Shown: one piece after another, positions 8,839 through 17,737 of the stretch
Position numbering within the stretch: the first letter of the stretch is position 1
Layout: each line of letters begins with the position of its first letter
Assembly (NCBI GenBank): GCA_025355955.1
Contig: JANXYP010000193.1
Coordinates: 3,597-67,596 of the forward strand
Direction of reading: 5' to 3'
Origin: Chloroflexota bacterium
GTDB taxonomy: Bacteria; Chloroflexota; Chloroflexia; QHBQ01
DNA length: 64,000 bases
Translations under genes and position numbers: made by a program
Notes under the pieces: model-generated
Database searches by the model: none
The model's input: only the letters and a program-made list of their open reading frames with translations
Told to the model about the DNA's origin: nothing

Positions 8839-10050
8839 ATGATGAACAAAATGATGCGCTTCAGTGCGGGTGTGTGGCTGGCGGTGATGCTGATGTTGAG
8901 CGTGACCCTCACCTTCGCCTCATCCGGCTCCCGGGTGCAGGACGATGCCAACGTGTTTAGCAGCGCACAGCGCAGCAGCCTGCTGCAGTTCGCCAATGCG
9001 ATGAAGGTGCCAGCATTGGTGACAACCACCGCCTCGTTCAATGGCAGCAAGAGCGCCTTCGTCAACCAGGCGAGCAGCAACGTGCCGTCCAATGGTGTCC
9101 TAATCGCAATCAGCACCGCTACGAGCAACCATTACTACGTGGTATTGGTGGGCAACAACAGCGGGCTGGGCAACAGCGATCAGCAGAACGCCTACAGCGC
9201 GGGGCTTGATTACCTGAAGGCCAGCGGCGGGCCGCAGTATGCGCCAGCGACGTTCGCCAGCCTCTACTCGCTGGATGCGGCGCTGGGGGCGCAGGCTTCT
9301 GATGCGCTGGGTATCAGCGGTGCGCCGGGCAGCGGTTTCACCACGAGCGGTGGTAACGGCAACACCAACCTACCAGTTACCAACCTCAACCCGCCCAACT
9401 CCGGCAATATCGGTTCGGGTGGCGGCGTGAATACCAGCGGAGGCTACAGCAGTAGCGGAGGAGGCTTCGGTTTCGGTGGCCTCGGCATCGGCACCTGCCT
9501 GTGCGGGTTGGTGCTGCTGTTTATCGTCTTCAGCATCTTCAACAGCGTGCGCGGCTATAGCAATCGGGTGGCGGGTCGCTTTGGACGCTACGGTGGTTAT
9601 CAGGGTTACGGCGGAGGCTGGGGCGGTGGCGGCGGCATTCTGCCAATTCCTATCCCCATTCCCTTTGGTGGTGGGGGCAATAGCGGCAACCAGGGTGGCA
9701 ACCAGCAAGGCGGTGGCGGCCAGGACTTCGGCGGCGGTGGTGGCGGAGGGCATAACAATGCGCCCAACACTGGTGGCGGCACCTTCGAGTCGCCCTTCGG
9801 CGGAGGCGGTCACAGCGAGGGCAGCAGCATCCTCGGTGAGATCTTCGGTGGCGGTGGCGGCGGTGGCGGTGGCGGCGGCGGTGGCAGCAGAAACACTGGC
9901 GGCGGTGGCTTCGAGTCCGGCTTCGGCGGTGGCGGCGGTGGCGGCGGCGGTGGCAGCAGAAACACTGGCGGCGGTGGCTTCGAGTCCGGCTTCGGCGGTG
10001 GTGGAGGTGGCGGCGGTGGCGGTGGCGGTGGTGGCGGCCAGGATTTCTAG
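8839..10050 (+). CDS. TPM domain protein (one TPM domain, one TM, very Gly-rich tail)
   Basis: ATG at 8839 follows GAAAGGAAG. Signal peptide MMNKMMRFSAGVWLAVMLML…, TPM-like RVQDDANVFSSAQRSSL…NGVLIAIS…, TM, NTGGG(T/G)FES motif x3, and the protein ends GQDF. Confidence 0.8.
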   Translation: MMNKMMRFSAGVWLAVMLMLSVTLTFASSGSRVQDDANVFSSAQRSSLLQFANAMKVPALVTTTASFNGSKSAFVNQASSNVPSNGVLIAISTATSNHYYVVLVGNNSGLGNSDQQNAYSAGLDYLKASGGPQYAPATFASLYSLDAALGAQASDALGISGAPGSGFTTSGGNGNTNLPVTNLNPPNSGNIGSGGGVNTSGGYSSSGGGFGFGGLGIGTCLCGLVLLFIVFSIFNSVRGYSNRVAGRFGRYGGYQGYGGGWGGGGGILPIPIPIPFGGGGNSGNQGGNQQGGGGQDFGGGGGGGHNNAPNTGGGTFESPFGGGGHSEGSSILGEIFGGGGGGGGGGGGGSRNTGGGGFESGFGGGGGGGGGGSRNTGGGGFESGFGGGGGGGGGGGGGGGQDF

Positions 10051-10408
10051 CCGCGATTCCCTGCCAACGCTAAAGTGATACCAATTAGCGGTGGTGCCGC
10101 TTTAGATTGAGCCATGACGAACAACGGTTCGCCCCTACTGAACGCCTGCTCCGCAAGAACGTGATCCGCACCCGTGGTGAATGACCACCTACCTCGCCGA
10201 GTAATCGAGGGCTGGGAGCGTAGCTCCGAGCGTTCAAGCGTATCAATGCTTATCGCAAGCGTCAATCCGTCAATGCTGGTAGCTGTTGAAGGGTTGGTGA
10301 TGGCGGGAGATAAGCGCGACGCAGAGGATCGGCATGGATCTACGCCCCAACCTCCGATACTCTTCTTGACCGCTGCTTGCGATAAGCATTGATGCGCTTC
10401 ACCATTCT

Positions 10409-10576
10409 CCCTCACCCTGCCTCTCCCAGCAGGGGAGGGGTAAAACGGATTGCCCTCACCCTGCCTCTCCCAGCGGGAGAGGGATAAAACGGATTGCCCT
10501 CACCCTGCCTCTCCCAACGGTAAAACGAATTGCCCTCACCCTGTCTCTCCCAGCGGGAGAGCGGTAAAACGGATTC
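10409..10576. repeat. Tandem array (4 units, ~44 bp) of the H1-type hairpin repeat
   Basis: Units CCCTCACCCTGCCTCTCCCAGCGGGAGAGGGATAAAACGGATTG at 10409, 10453, 10497 (36 bp, 3' arm deleted) and 10533. The array ends 9 nt before the ATG at 10585. Confidence 0.9.
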
Positions 10577-10584
10577 CCTCATCC

Positions 10585-13377
10585 ATGGCCGCTACATCAA
10601 CAACCGCTGCAGCATCCATCCGTCACCCCCGCCTGCGCCGCTGGCTGCGCCGGGGGTTTCGTGCTATGCTCATCCTGATCATCGTGCTGCTGCTGGCCGC
10701 GCTGGGGCTGTACTGGTATATCGCCAAGGATCTGCCCTCACCGGAGGGGTTGAACCGCCCGCCCGCGCAATCTACGCTCATCTACGACCGTGATGGGCGG
10801 CTACTGTACGAGATCAGCGACCCGAACGAGGGTCATCGCACCGTCATCGCGCTGGCGGAGATACCCACCATGCTGCGCGATGCCACCATCGCCACCGAGG
10901 ATGCCGACTTCTACACCAACCCCGGCTTCGACGCGGGCGCGTTGCTGCGGGCGCTTTGGCAGAATCTCAGCAGCGGCACAGTCGTCTCCGGCGCTAGCAC
11001 CATCACTCAGCAGCTGGTGAGGGCAGCGCTGTTCAGCGACACGGAGCAAAACTCTGTCAGCTACTGGCGCAAGGCCCGCGAGGTGGTGCTGGCCTTCCAG
11101 GTGAACCAGCGCTACGGCAAGGACGACATCCTTGCCATGTACCTGAACCAGATTTATTACGGCAACGCCTCATATGGAGTGGAGGCAGCGGCGCAGTCGT
11201 ACTTCGGCGTAGCTGCCCGAGACCTGGATCTGGCGCAGTGCGCGATGCTGGCGGGGCTGCCCGCTGCGCCTAATGGATACAACCCGCTCACTAACCCGAC
11301 CGAGGCTGATGCCCGTCGCCGCCAGGTACTCGACCTGATGGTGAAGCGCGGCTATATCAGCCAGGCGCAAGCCGACGCTGCTGCCGCCGAGCAGTTGCAC
11401 TATGCGGGGCAACGCTACGCCATCAAAGCGCCCCACTTCGTGATGTACGTGCGCGACTTGCTGGAAGCCAAGTATGGCCGCGAGCTGGTGGAGCGCGGCG
11501 GGCTGCGCGTCTACACCACCCTCAGCCTGCCCTTGCAGGACATCGCCCAGCGGGTTGCCACCAACCATCTTGCCACCTTGCAGCAGGATCACGTCAGCAA
11601 TGCGGCGCTCGTCGCGCTCGACCCCGCCACCAACCAGATTCTGGCGATGCTGGGAAGCGCGGACTATTTCAATCCCAACATTGACGGCGAGGTGAACGTG
11701 GCGCTAGCGCCACGCCAGCCCGGCAGCAGCATGAAGCCGATTACCTACGCCGCCGCACTGATCAGTGGGCAGAGCGGCGCGACCCTGCTGCCCGACATCC
11801 CCACCACCTATCCCGACCGCGACGGCTCGCTGTATATGCCGATCAACTATGACCAGCTCTACCATGGGCCGGTGACGCTGCGGATGGCCCTGGCGAACTC
11901 CTACAACGTGCCGTCGGTGGCGCTGGAGAGCCGCGTGGGGGTGGACAGCGTGCTGAAGCTGGCCCGCAACCTGGGCCTCACCACCCTCGATGCTGACCCC
12001 AGCAAATATGGCCTCAGCCTGACCCTGGGCGGTGGCGATGTGCGCTTGCTGGACCTGACTGCCGCATACGCCACCTTCCGCAACGCTGGCAACTACGCTC
12101 CGCCCAGCGCCATCCTGCGGGTGGAGGACAGCCGCGGCAAGGTGCTGGAGCAGTACCAACCGCCAACGCAAACCCCAATGCTGGGCAACAATGGCGCACA
12201 GGCCGCTTACATCCTCACCAATATCCTGTCCGACAACTTCGCCCGCATCCCCAGCTTTGGCCGCTACAGCCCGCTCTACCTGCACGACCGTCCCGCCGCC
12301 GCCAAGACCGGCACCACCACAAACTTCCGTGACAACTGGACGATGGGTTATACCATGGATTACGTGGTCGGCGTGTGGGTGGGCAACAACGACAACAGCC
12401 GCATGGAAGGCAGCACTGGCGTGACCGGCGCAGCTCCCATCTGGCACGATTTTATGGAGCAGGCCAGCGCCGGGCTGCCCACCCGCGACTTCCCCCGACC
12501 CACTGGCTTGCGCGACGTGGAGATATGTTCCCTGTCCGGCCTGCTGCCCACCCCTTATTGCGTGGATACCCGCACCGAGACGTTCATCGCTGGCACCGAG
12601 CCGACTCAGCTTGACAACTTCTACCAGCCGTTCAAGCTGGATCGCACTAACGGGCTGCTTGCCACCCGCCATACACCCACAGCGGATGTGATCACCCAGG
12701 TGTATGCCATCCTGCCGCCGGAGTACAACGACTGGGTGAAGCAGCAAGGCTGGCCGCAACCGCCCACCGCTTATTCGCCGAATGGCAACGTTGGGCAGAA
12801 CGCGACGCTGATCACTGCGCCAAAGGCAGGTCAAAATGTCAGCGGCGTGGTGGAGGTGCGTGGGCAGCTACCGGCGGGCGCGGGCAATGTCGCCCTCTTC
12901 GCGGGACGCAGCGGCGACAGTGGCGGCAGCCGCCTACCCCTCGCCAGCGATGGCGACCAGGCCAGCGGTATCCTCGCGCACCTTGACAGCAGCGGGATGA
13001 ACGGGGCAATCACCCTGCACCTCAGCTACACGTTGGGCGGCCAGCAACTTGACGAGCAAATCCCGCTGGTGGCCGACAACATCCCGCCGCGTGCCGGTGT
13101 GCTATACCCCACCAACGGCGCAACCTTCAGCATCAAGCAGAACGCGGGCCTGCCCGAACCGTTCACCGCCGATGCCGCCGACAACTTCGCAGTGGGCAAC
13201 GTGCAATACTTCGTGGACGGCCAGCCCTACGACAGCATCAGCGGCGACGGCCCCTACACCGTGCCGCTACACCTCGATCGCATCGGGGTCGGCCCCCACA
13301 GCCTCTACGTAATCGTCACCGACAAGGCGGGCAACCAGACGCGCAGCGGGGTGGTGAATATCAATGTTGGGCCGTGA
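10585..13377 (+). CDS. Class A penicillin-binding protein (PBP1A family transglycosylase/transpeptidase) with a C-terminal Ig-like extension
   Basis: GT51 motifs (ATIATEDADFY, GASTITQQL, RKAREV), transpeptidase SxxK-type (GSSMKP), SYN, and KTGTT. The ORF track start at 10450 (TTG) would translate the hairpin repeat array, so ATG at 10585 before the TM segment is preferred. Confidence 0.9.
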   Translation: MAATSTTAAASIRHPRLRRWLRRGFRAMLILIIVLLLAALGLYWYIAKDLPSPEGLNRPPAQSTLIYDRDGRLLYEISDPNEGHRTVIALAEIPTMLRDATIATEDADFYTNPGFDAGALLRALWQNLSSGTVVSGASTITQQLVRAALFSDTEQNSVSYWRKAREVVLAFQVNQRYGKDDILAMYLNQIYYGNASYGVEAAAQSYFGVAARDLDLAQCAMLAGLPAAPNGYNPLTNPTEADARRRQVLDLMVKRGYISQAQADAAAAEQLHYAGQRYAIKAPHFVMYVRDLLEAKYGRELVERGGLRVYTTLSLPLQDIAQRVATNHLATLQQDHVSNAALVALDPATNQILAMLGSADYFNPNIDGEVNVALAPRQPGSSMKPITYAAALISGQSGATLLPDIPTTYPDRDGSLYMPINYDQLYHGPVTLRMALANSYNVPSVALESRVGVDSVLKLARNLGLTTLDADPSKYGLSLTLGGGDVRLLDLTAAYATFRNAGNYAPPSAILRVEDSRGKVLEQYQPPTQTPMLGNNGAQAAYILTNILSDNFARIPSFGRYSPLYLHDRPAAAKTGTTTNFRDNWTMGYTMDYVVGVWVGNNDNSRMEGSTGVTGAAPIWHDFMEQASAGLPTRDFPRPTGLRDVEICSLSGLLPTPYCVDTRTETFIAGTEPTQLDNFYQPFKLDRTNGLLATRHTPTADVITQVYAILPPEYNDWVKQQGWPQPPTAYSPNGNVGQNATLITAPKAGQNVSGVVEVRGQLPAGAGNVALFAGRSGDSGGSRLPLASDGDQASGILAHLDSSGMNGAITLHLSYTLGGQQLDEQIPLVADNIPPRAGVLYPTNGATFSIKQNAGLPEPFTADAADNFAVGNVQYFVDGQPYDSISGDGPYTVPLHLDRIGVGPHSLYVIVTDKAGNQTRSGVVNINVGP

Positions 13378-13810
13378 GCCAGTGGATTGTGAGCAGTTAG
13401 CCAACGGATTGTGAAAACGGATAAACGGATAAAACGGATTGGCGGGGAGGCAAAAAGCCTCTCCCCAGCGGGGAGAGGTTTGGTGAGGGGAGAACTCGAA
13501 GCGCATCAATGCTTATCGCAAGACCCCAATGCTGGCGTTGGAACAGCAGATGCAGCGGATTTGGGTTACACTCGCCCTGACACAAAGCAAAAAGCCTCTC
13601 CCCAGCGGGGAAACCCCTTGTGGGTTCCCTGTGGGTAGGTTTGGTGAGGGGAGAATCTCGAAGCGCATCAATGCTTATCGCAACTACCAGCGTTGGCATA
13701 GGGGCGCATGGCATACGCCCCTATGCAGCGCCAGTGATGCTCATTGTAACTGTGAGGGCAGCGTGGACGGCTTTTCCGTGTCCTCCGTCCTTTCCGCGTC
13801 TTCCGTGATT

Positions 13811-14671
13811 CTATCGCACCCCCAACTCCTTGAGTGCCTGCTCTGCGCGTCGTCGCTGCTTTTCGTCACCCAACTCCAGAGCGCGGACGTAATCGGCTAT
13901 TGCCCTGGCCCTATCGCCTTTGCGCCGATACGTGTCGCCACGACCGTTATAAGCCGAAGCAAAGTTAGAGTCGAGGAGAATAGTCTGGTTAAAGTCAGCT
14001 AGCGCCTGCTTGTACTGCTTCTGGGCAAGGTAGAGATTGCCACGATCAATGTAGGCAAAAGCAAAGTTAGGGTCAAGGCGAATGGCCTGGTTGTAGTCGG
14101 CCAATGCTTGTTCATACATTCCTTGCACACGATAGCCAATGCCCCGCACGCAATAGGCTACCTTCAGCTTATCTTTAGTTGGCTGGTGATCAGGCTTGAG
14201 CGCAAGGATTTCCTGGCCATGGCTGATCGCCATGTCCCAATCTCTGCCATCCATTGCGGACTCCAGCTCGGGATACAGTTCCTCAAAAAGCTCATCGCGC
14301 AACCGACGCTTGGCAGGCGACAAGATAGGGGCAGCGGATGGTGGTGCAGGCGGGATAATCGGCGCGGGAGCTTGTGGGTTGTCCTGAGCGGTGGCCCAGG
14401 TTAGCCATGCGGTATAACTGTCGCCCACCATATCGGGCCGGACGAGGTGCAGATTCTCGATGAGTGTATGGAGTATCTGCCGCTGGCGACAGTAGCGGAT
14501 GAGCGACATGGATTTGATCGCCACGCCGTTTCCTTCCAGACTGCTGCTGTCAAGATTGTTGGCAGCTGGCGCGTCAAACTTGATGTACTCGCAGAGTATA
14601 TATAGGCTGCCATCATCGAGGCGGTTCTGCATTAGTTGGTGCAATGCCTTGTAGTTCATCGAGTCGGCCAT
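13811..14671 (-). CDS. TPR-repeat protein with an N-terminal EAD-like (Death-like adaptor) helical domain
   Basis: The C-terminal half has canonical TPRs (…AYCVRGIGYRVQGMYEQALADYNQAIRLDPNFAFAYIDRGNLY…). The N-terminal ~95 aa (NYKALHQLMQNRLDDGSLYILCEYIKF…SMSLIRYCRQRQILHTLIENLHLVRP) resembles effector-associated domains. A P-rich linker joins them. Confidence 0.75.
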   Translation of the reverse strand: MADSMNYKALHQLMQNRLDDGSLYILCEYIKFDAPAANNLDSSSLEGNGVAIKSMSLIRYCRQRQILHTLIENLHLVRPDMVGDSYTAWLTWATAQDNPQAPAPIIPPAPPSAAPILSPAKRRLRDELFEELYPELESAMDGRDWDMAISHGQEILALKPDHQPTKDKLKVAYCVRGIGYRVQGMYEQALADYNQAIRLDPNFAFAYIDRGNLYLAQKQYKQALADFNQTILLDSNFASAYNGRGDTYRRKGDRARAIADYVRALELGDEKQRRRAEQALKELGVR

Positions 14672-14952
14672 AGTGTTCCCTTGATTAGTTGCTATCTATG
14701 CTGGGGATGGGTTGGATTGCGACCTATTGTACCAGCTACCATGTTGACGCGCAAGCGCTGCACCAGGGTGGGTAGCTGCCCCTAAATCCGTTTTATCCGT
14801 TTAACCGCATCCGTTGACTAGCCCTTCGATAAGCATTAACGCGCTGCACCATTCTCCCTCACCCAGCCTCTCCCAACGGGAGAGGAGTAGATTGGTGGCG
14901 TTGCAGCAGGGCGGGCAGCCGCCCGCCCCTACGTCAAACCCTGCTCATGCCT

Positions 14953-15756
14953 TCAGAGAACCATCTTCCACAAATCGAAGACCGGGCCTTCGCGGCAGGC
15001 GCGCAGGTAGCCGACCCGCTCGTTTTCGACCGCGCAGCCGAGGCAGACACCGACCGCGCAGGCCATGGGGCGCTCCACGCTGGCCTGGATGTCGGGACGG
15101 GGGTAGACTGCACCCGCCACCTTCTTCAGCGCGGCGAGGAAGTCGTCCGGCCCGGCGGCGACCACCTGATCGGCCCAACCCAGCAGCGGCTTGATGTGGG
15201 CTATTGCGCTGTCGCCCGCCTCGCGGAAGAAGGTCTGGTACTCCACCTCCGGTGGCAGCAGGCTGGCGGGCGGCAGGTAGGCTTCGCGCTCGGCTTCGAT
15301 CAGCAGGGTGACGGAGAGTTCGCGGGCGGCGGCGCTCTTCAGCAGGGGCAGCAACGGGGCAAGGTGGGGCTGACGTTCGCCACCGACAATAGCAAGTAGG
15401 TGGCGGCTGCGCTCGTCGAGGCGATAGCCGTTGCCCAGCGGCCCAATCATATCGAGTTGCTCACCCTCCACCCGCTCGGTTAGCCAGCGCGAACCGCGCC
15501 CGCTGACTCGCACCAGCAATGCCGCACTTTCGCCATCAACGTCGAACGCCGCCAGGCTGAAGGGGCGGCGCAGGTAAGGGTCGAAACTGGCGGGGTCGCC
15601 GCAGCGGACGAAGACGAACTGGCCCGCCCTGGCCTCGCGCAAGGCCGCAGCGGGCGCACGCAAGCCCACCCAGACCAGATTGTGGGCGACCTCGCGGTGA
15701 TTAGTAATGGTGGCTGTAAATTGTTGCAAGTTATCCTCGGTTTGATGTAGACCCAC
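14953..15756 (-). CDS. pyrK: Dihydroorotate dehydrogenase electron-transfer subunit (PyrK-like, FAD/2Fe-2S)
   Basis: Ferredoxin-reductase-type fold motifs (RRPFS, MIGPLGNG) and a C-terminal Cys cluster MACAVGVCLGCAV…ACREGPVF. Confidence 0.8.
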   Translation of the reverse strand: MGLHQTEDNLQQFTATITNHREVAHNLVWVGLRAPAAALREARAGQFVFVRCGDPASFDPYLRRPFSLAAFDVDGESAALLVRVSGRGSRWLTERVEGEQLDMIGPLGNGYRLDERSRHLLAIVGGERQPHLAPLLPLLKSAAARELSVTLLIEAEREAYLPPASLLPPEVEYQTFFREAGDSAIAHIKPLLGWADQVVAAGPDDFLAALKKVAGAVYPRPDIQASVERPMACAVGVCLGCAVENERVGYLRACREGPVFDLWKMVL

Positions 15757-15808
15757 CCCAACCCCTCCCGGTGGGAGGGGAGAACATCAGAACTTTGTTT
15801 ACATGGCA

Positions 15809-15838
15809 CTCATGCCTCAGTCCTCAGTCCTCATGCCT
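15809..15838. repeat. Tandem heptanucleotide array (CTCATGC/CTCAGTC)
   Basis: ctcatgc-ctcagtc-ctcagtc-ctcatgc, lying just 3' of the minus-strand stop at 15843, between that gene and pyrK. Confidence 0.75.
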
Positions 15839-15842
15839 GGCG

Positions 15843-17183
15843 TTAGCCCGCTTCCTGCTTGGTATCGTTCAGCATGGTGTCGAGCTTCTGGGCGGCACGG
15901 GCGCGGAAGTCGACGGTGACGATGTTGCTGCGTCGCCCCTCGTCGCGGGTGGTGCGGGTGGCCGACTGGCTGAGGACGCGGGCTATTATAGTGGCCGCCT
16001 CCTTGCTCCAGAAGTTGACCAGGCCGGTGTTCGAGTTCTGGTGGTAGAGGGTCATGATCAGGGCGTGTTGGCCGACTGGTGACAGGCAGGTGTTGATCTG
16101 CGCGCCATGGTAGACTAGCGTGCTGGGCTTGCTCTCGCCCAGGTAGCGGCCCAGTTCGTGCCACGAGGTGAAGATGCCTGCTGCAAGTGCGAACAGCGAG
16201 GGGTAGTTCTGGTGCAGCGCCTGGCCGCGGCGGGCGATGATGCTGCCATCTGCGCCGATGAGGCAGACTTCGCTCGACTCGCTACGGGTGAGCAACACTT
16301 CTAGTACCTGATCCACGCGGGCCATTTCGCCATCGTCCATCACCAGGGTGGCGGGGTTGGGCCGCGAGTCGTTGCCCTGCTCCGGCGCTTCCTCGTCACT
16401 CTCGGTCTCACGGTAGAGGTTCGCCAACATCGGGTCGGGACGCGACGACATCTGCGCGACCTGTTCTGGTGTCTTCTTCATCACCAGGCCCACTCCCAGC
16501 AAGTCGGCGACGATCTGGCAGACATGGTCGGGGTCGAAGCCAGTCTGCTCGGCGATCTGAGCCACGGTGCTGCGGCCATCCACCATACTGAGAACCGCCC
16601 ACTCATGGCCCTGCACCGTAACCCGTTCGCTGGGTGGGCGCTGTTGGCCGGGCGCAAGGGCGATAACCTCGGCCAGCATTGCATCACGGTCGTAGCCGGG
16701 GTCGAGCGCGTCGAGCAGGCTGATCTGCCCGCTCAACACCTCGTCGACATCGAGCGCGGCGCTGGGCAACGCGCCAGTGGCGGGTGGCTCGAAGTCGAAG
16801 CGGAAGCGGCCCCGCTGCCATGTAACCAGCCGCGACATTACTTCCATGATCTGCACCTGCACCGCCATAGTCAAGTCATCGGCGCTAATTAGCTTCATCT
16901 CCAGCAGCAGGCTGCCCAACCGACGGCCCTGCTGCTGCTGACGCTGGATGTAGTATGCCTGCTCCAACTGCGGGCGGGTGAGCCGATGGGTGCGTACCAG
17001 GATCTCGCCAATGCGGTCGCCGCCCAGCGTGGATTCGGCGTGGATCAGCTTGCCGCTGAGGAATGACACCCGCGCCTTGTTCGCCACATCCTGCACCGTC
17101 AGGTTGCCGGTTAGCCCGCTGGTGCCAATCGTCTGTAGCAATGAGATGATATTAAACTCCTCAATCGCTCCTTCAAGCGCCAC
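15843..17183 (-). CDS. DUF4388 (PatA-N-like) domain protein with a C-terminal Roadblock/LC7-like domain
   Basis: N-terminus LEGAIEEFNIISLLQTIGTSGLTGNLTV…GKLIHAES is typical of DUF4388. The C-terminal ~120 aa (EVCLIGADGSIIARRG…ALIMTLY) looks MglB/Roadblock-like. A GTG at 17183 preceded by GAGGGGG is preferred over the ATG at 17261. Confidence 0.7.
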   Translation of the reverse strand: MALEGAIEEFNIISLLQTIGTSGLTGNLTVQDVANKARVSFLSGKLIHAESTLGGDRIGEILVRTHRLTRPQLEQAYYIQRQQQQGRRLGSLLLEMKLISADDLTMAVQVQIMEVMSRLVTWQRGRFRFDFEPPATGALPSAALDVDEVLSGQISLLDALDPGYDRDAMLAEVIALAPGQQRPPSERVTVQGHEWAVLSMVDGRSTVAQIAEQTGFDPDHVCQIVADLLGVGLVMKKTPEQVAQMSSRPDPMLANLYRETESDEEAPEQGNDSRPNPATLVMDDGEMARVDQVLEVLLTRSESSEVCLIGADGSIIARRGQALHQNYPSLFALAAGIFTSWHELGRYLGESKPSTLVYHGAQINTCLSPVGQHALIMTLYHQNSNTGLVNFWSKEAATIIARVLSQSATRTTRDEGRRSNIVTVDFRARAAQKLDTMLNDTKQEAG

Positions 17184-17737
17184 TGCACACCCCCTCGCTA
17201 ACCAGCCGCGTAACGCACCGCTGAATTGCAATGCTGCCACAAGTATACCACAGGGATGCAACTGCTGGGCAACGGGCTGCGGTACATCACGTTCTTGCCA
17301 CGCAAGTTTGATAGGGGCGAGCTACGGTTCGCCCTGGTCGGTGATGCTAGAACGTGACGCGCATCCGTGTCGCCGGGTGCAGTTCATCAAATTGCAACTT
17401 ATATGTGAGGTGTGCGGATTGCAACTACTCTGGTGGATATCGCAAGAGCTTGAACTGCATCCTACGTCGCCGCGCTATTGGCTCATTTTGGCTATCCAGC
17501 AGCAAATGTAAAAGGGATTACACCGAACCTGTAAAGATTTTGACAACATCCTAGCTTAATTAAAGTTATAATTAGCCCAGGTTAATTCTTGCAGACACCT
17601 AAGCGCCTGCCCACCAATCCCCAGTTTCGCCTGCAGCGATGGGGCCAGGCAGTAGCGCGGAGGTAACGCACTTTGGCCCCCAGAAACCTCCATATTATCC
17701 ACCCTCAGCAATAAAAGGAAAGAAAGGAACAGATCTC

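Noticed and set aside
8135-10078. Several alternative-frame ORFs (8135-8725, 8172-8441, 8304-8600, 9370-9813, 9476-10078) in the Gly-rich regions
   Set aside because: The GGN-rich coding sequence is open in several frames. The in-frame TPM-domain proteins with signal peptide and TM explain the region.
10450-10584. 45-codon N-terminal extension of PBP1A (TTG start in the ORF track)
   Set aside because: The extension is the translated 44-bp hairpin repeat array (…CPHPASP…CPHPVSP…). An ATG at 10585 immediately precedes the basic/TM segment expected for a class A PBP.
11704-12834. 376-aa minus-strand ORF
   Set aside because: It is entirely antisense to the well-supported PBP1A gene, with Gly/Ala/Arg-rich composition typical of shadow ORFs in GC-rich coding DNA.
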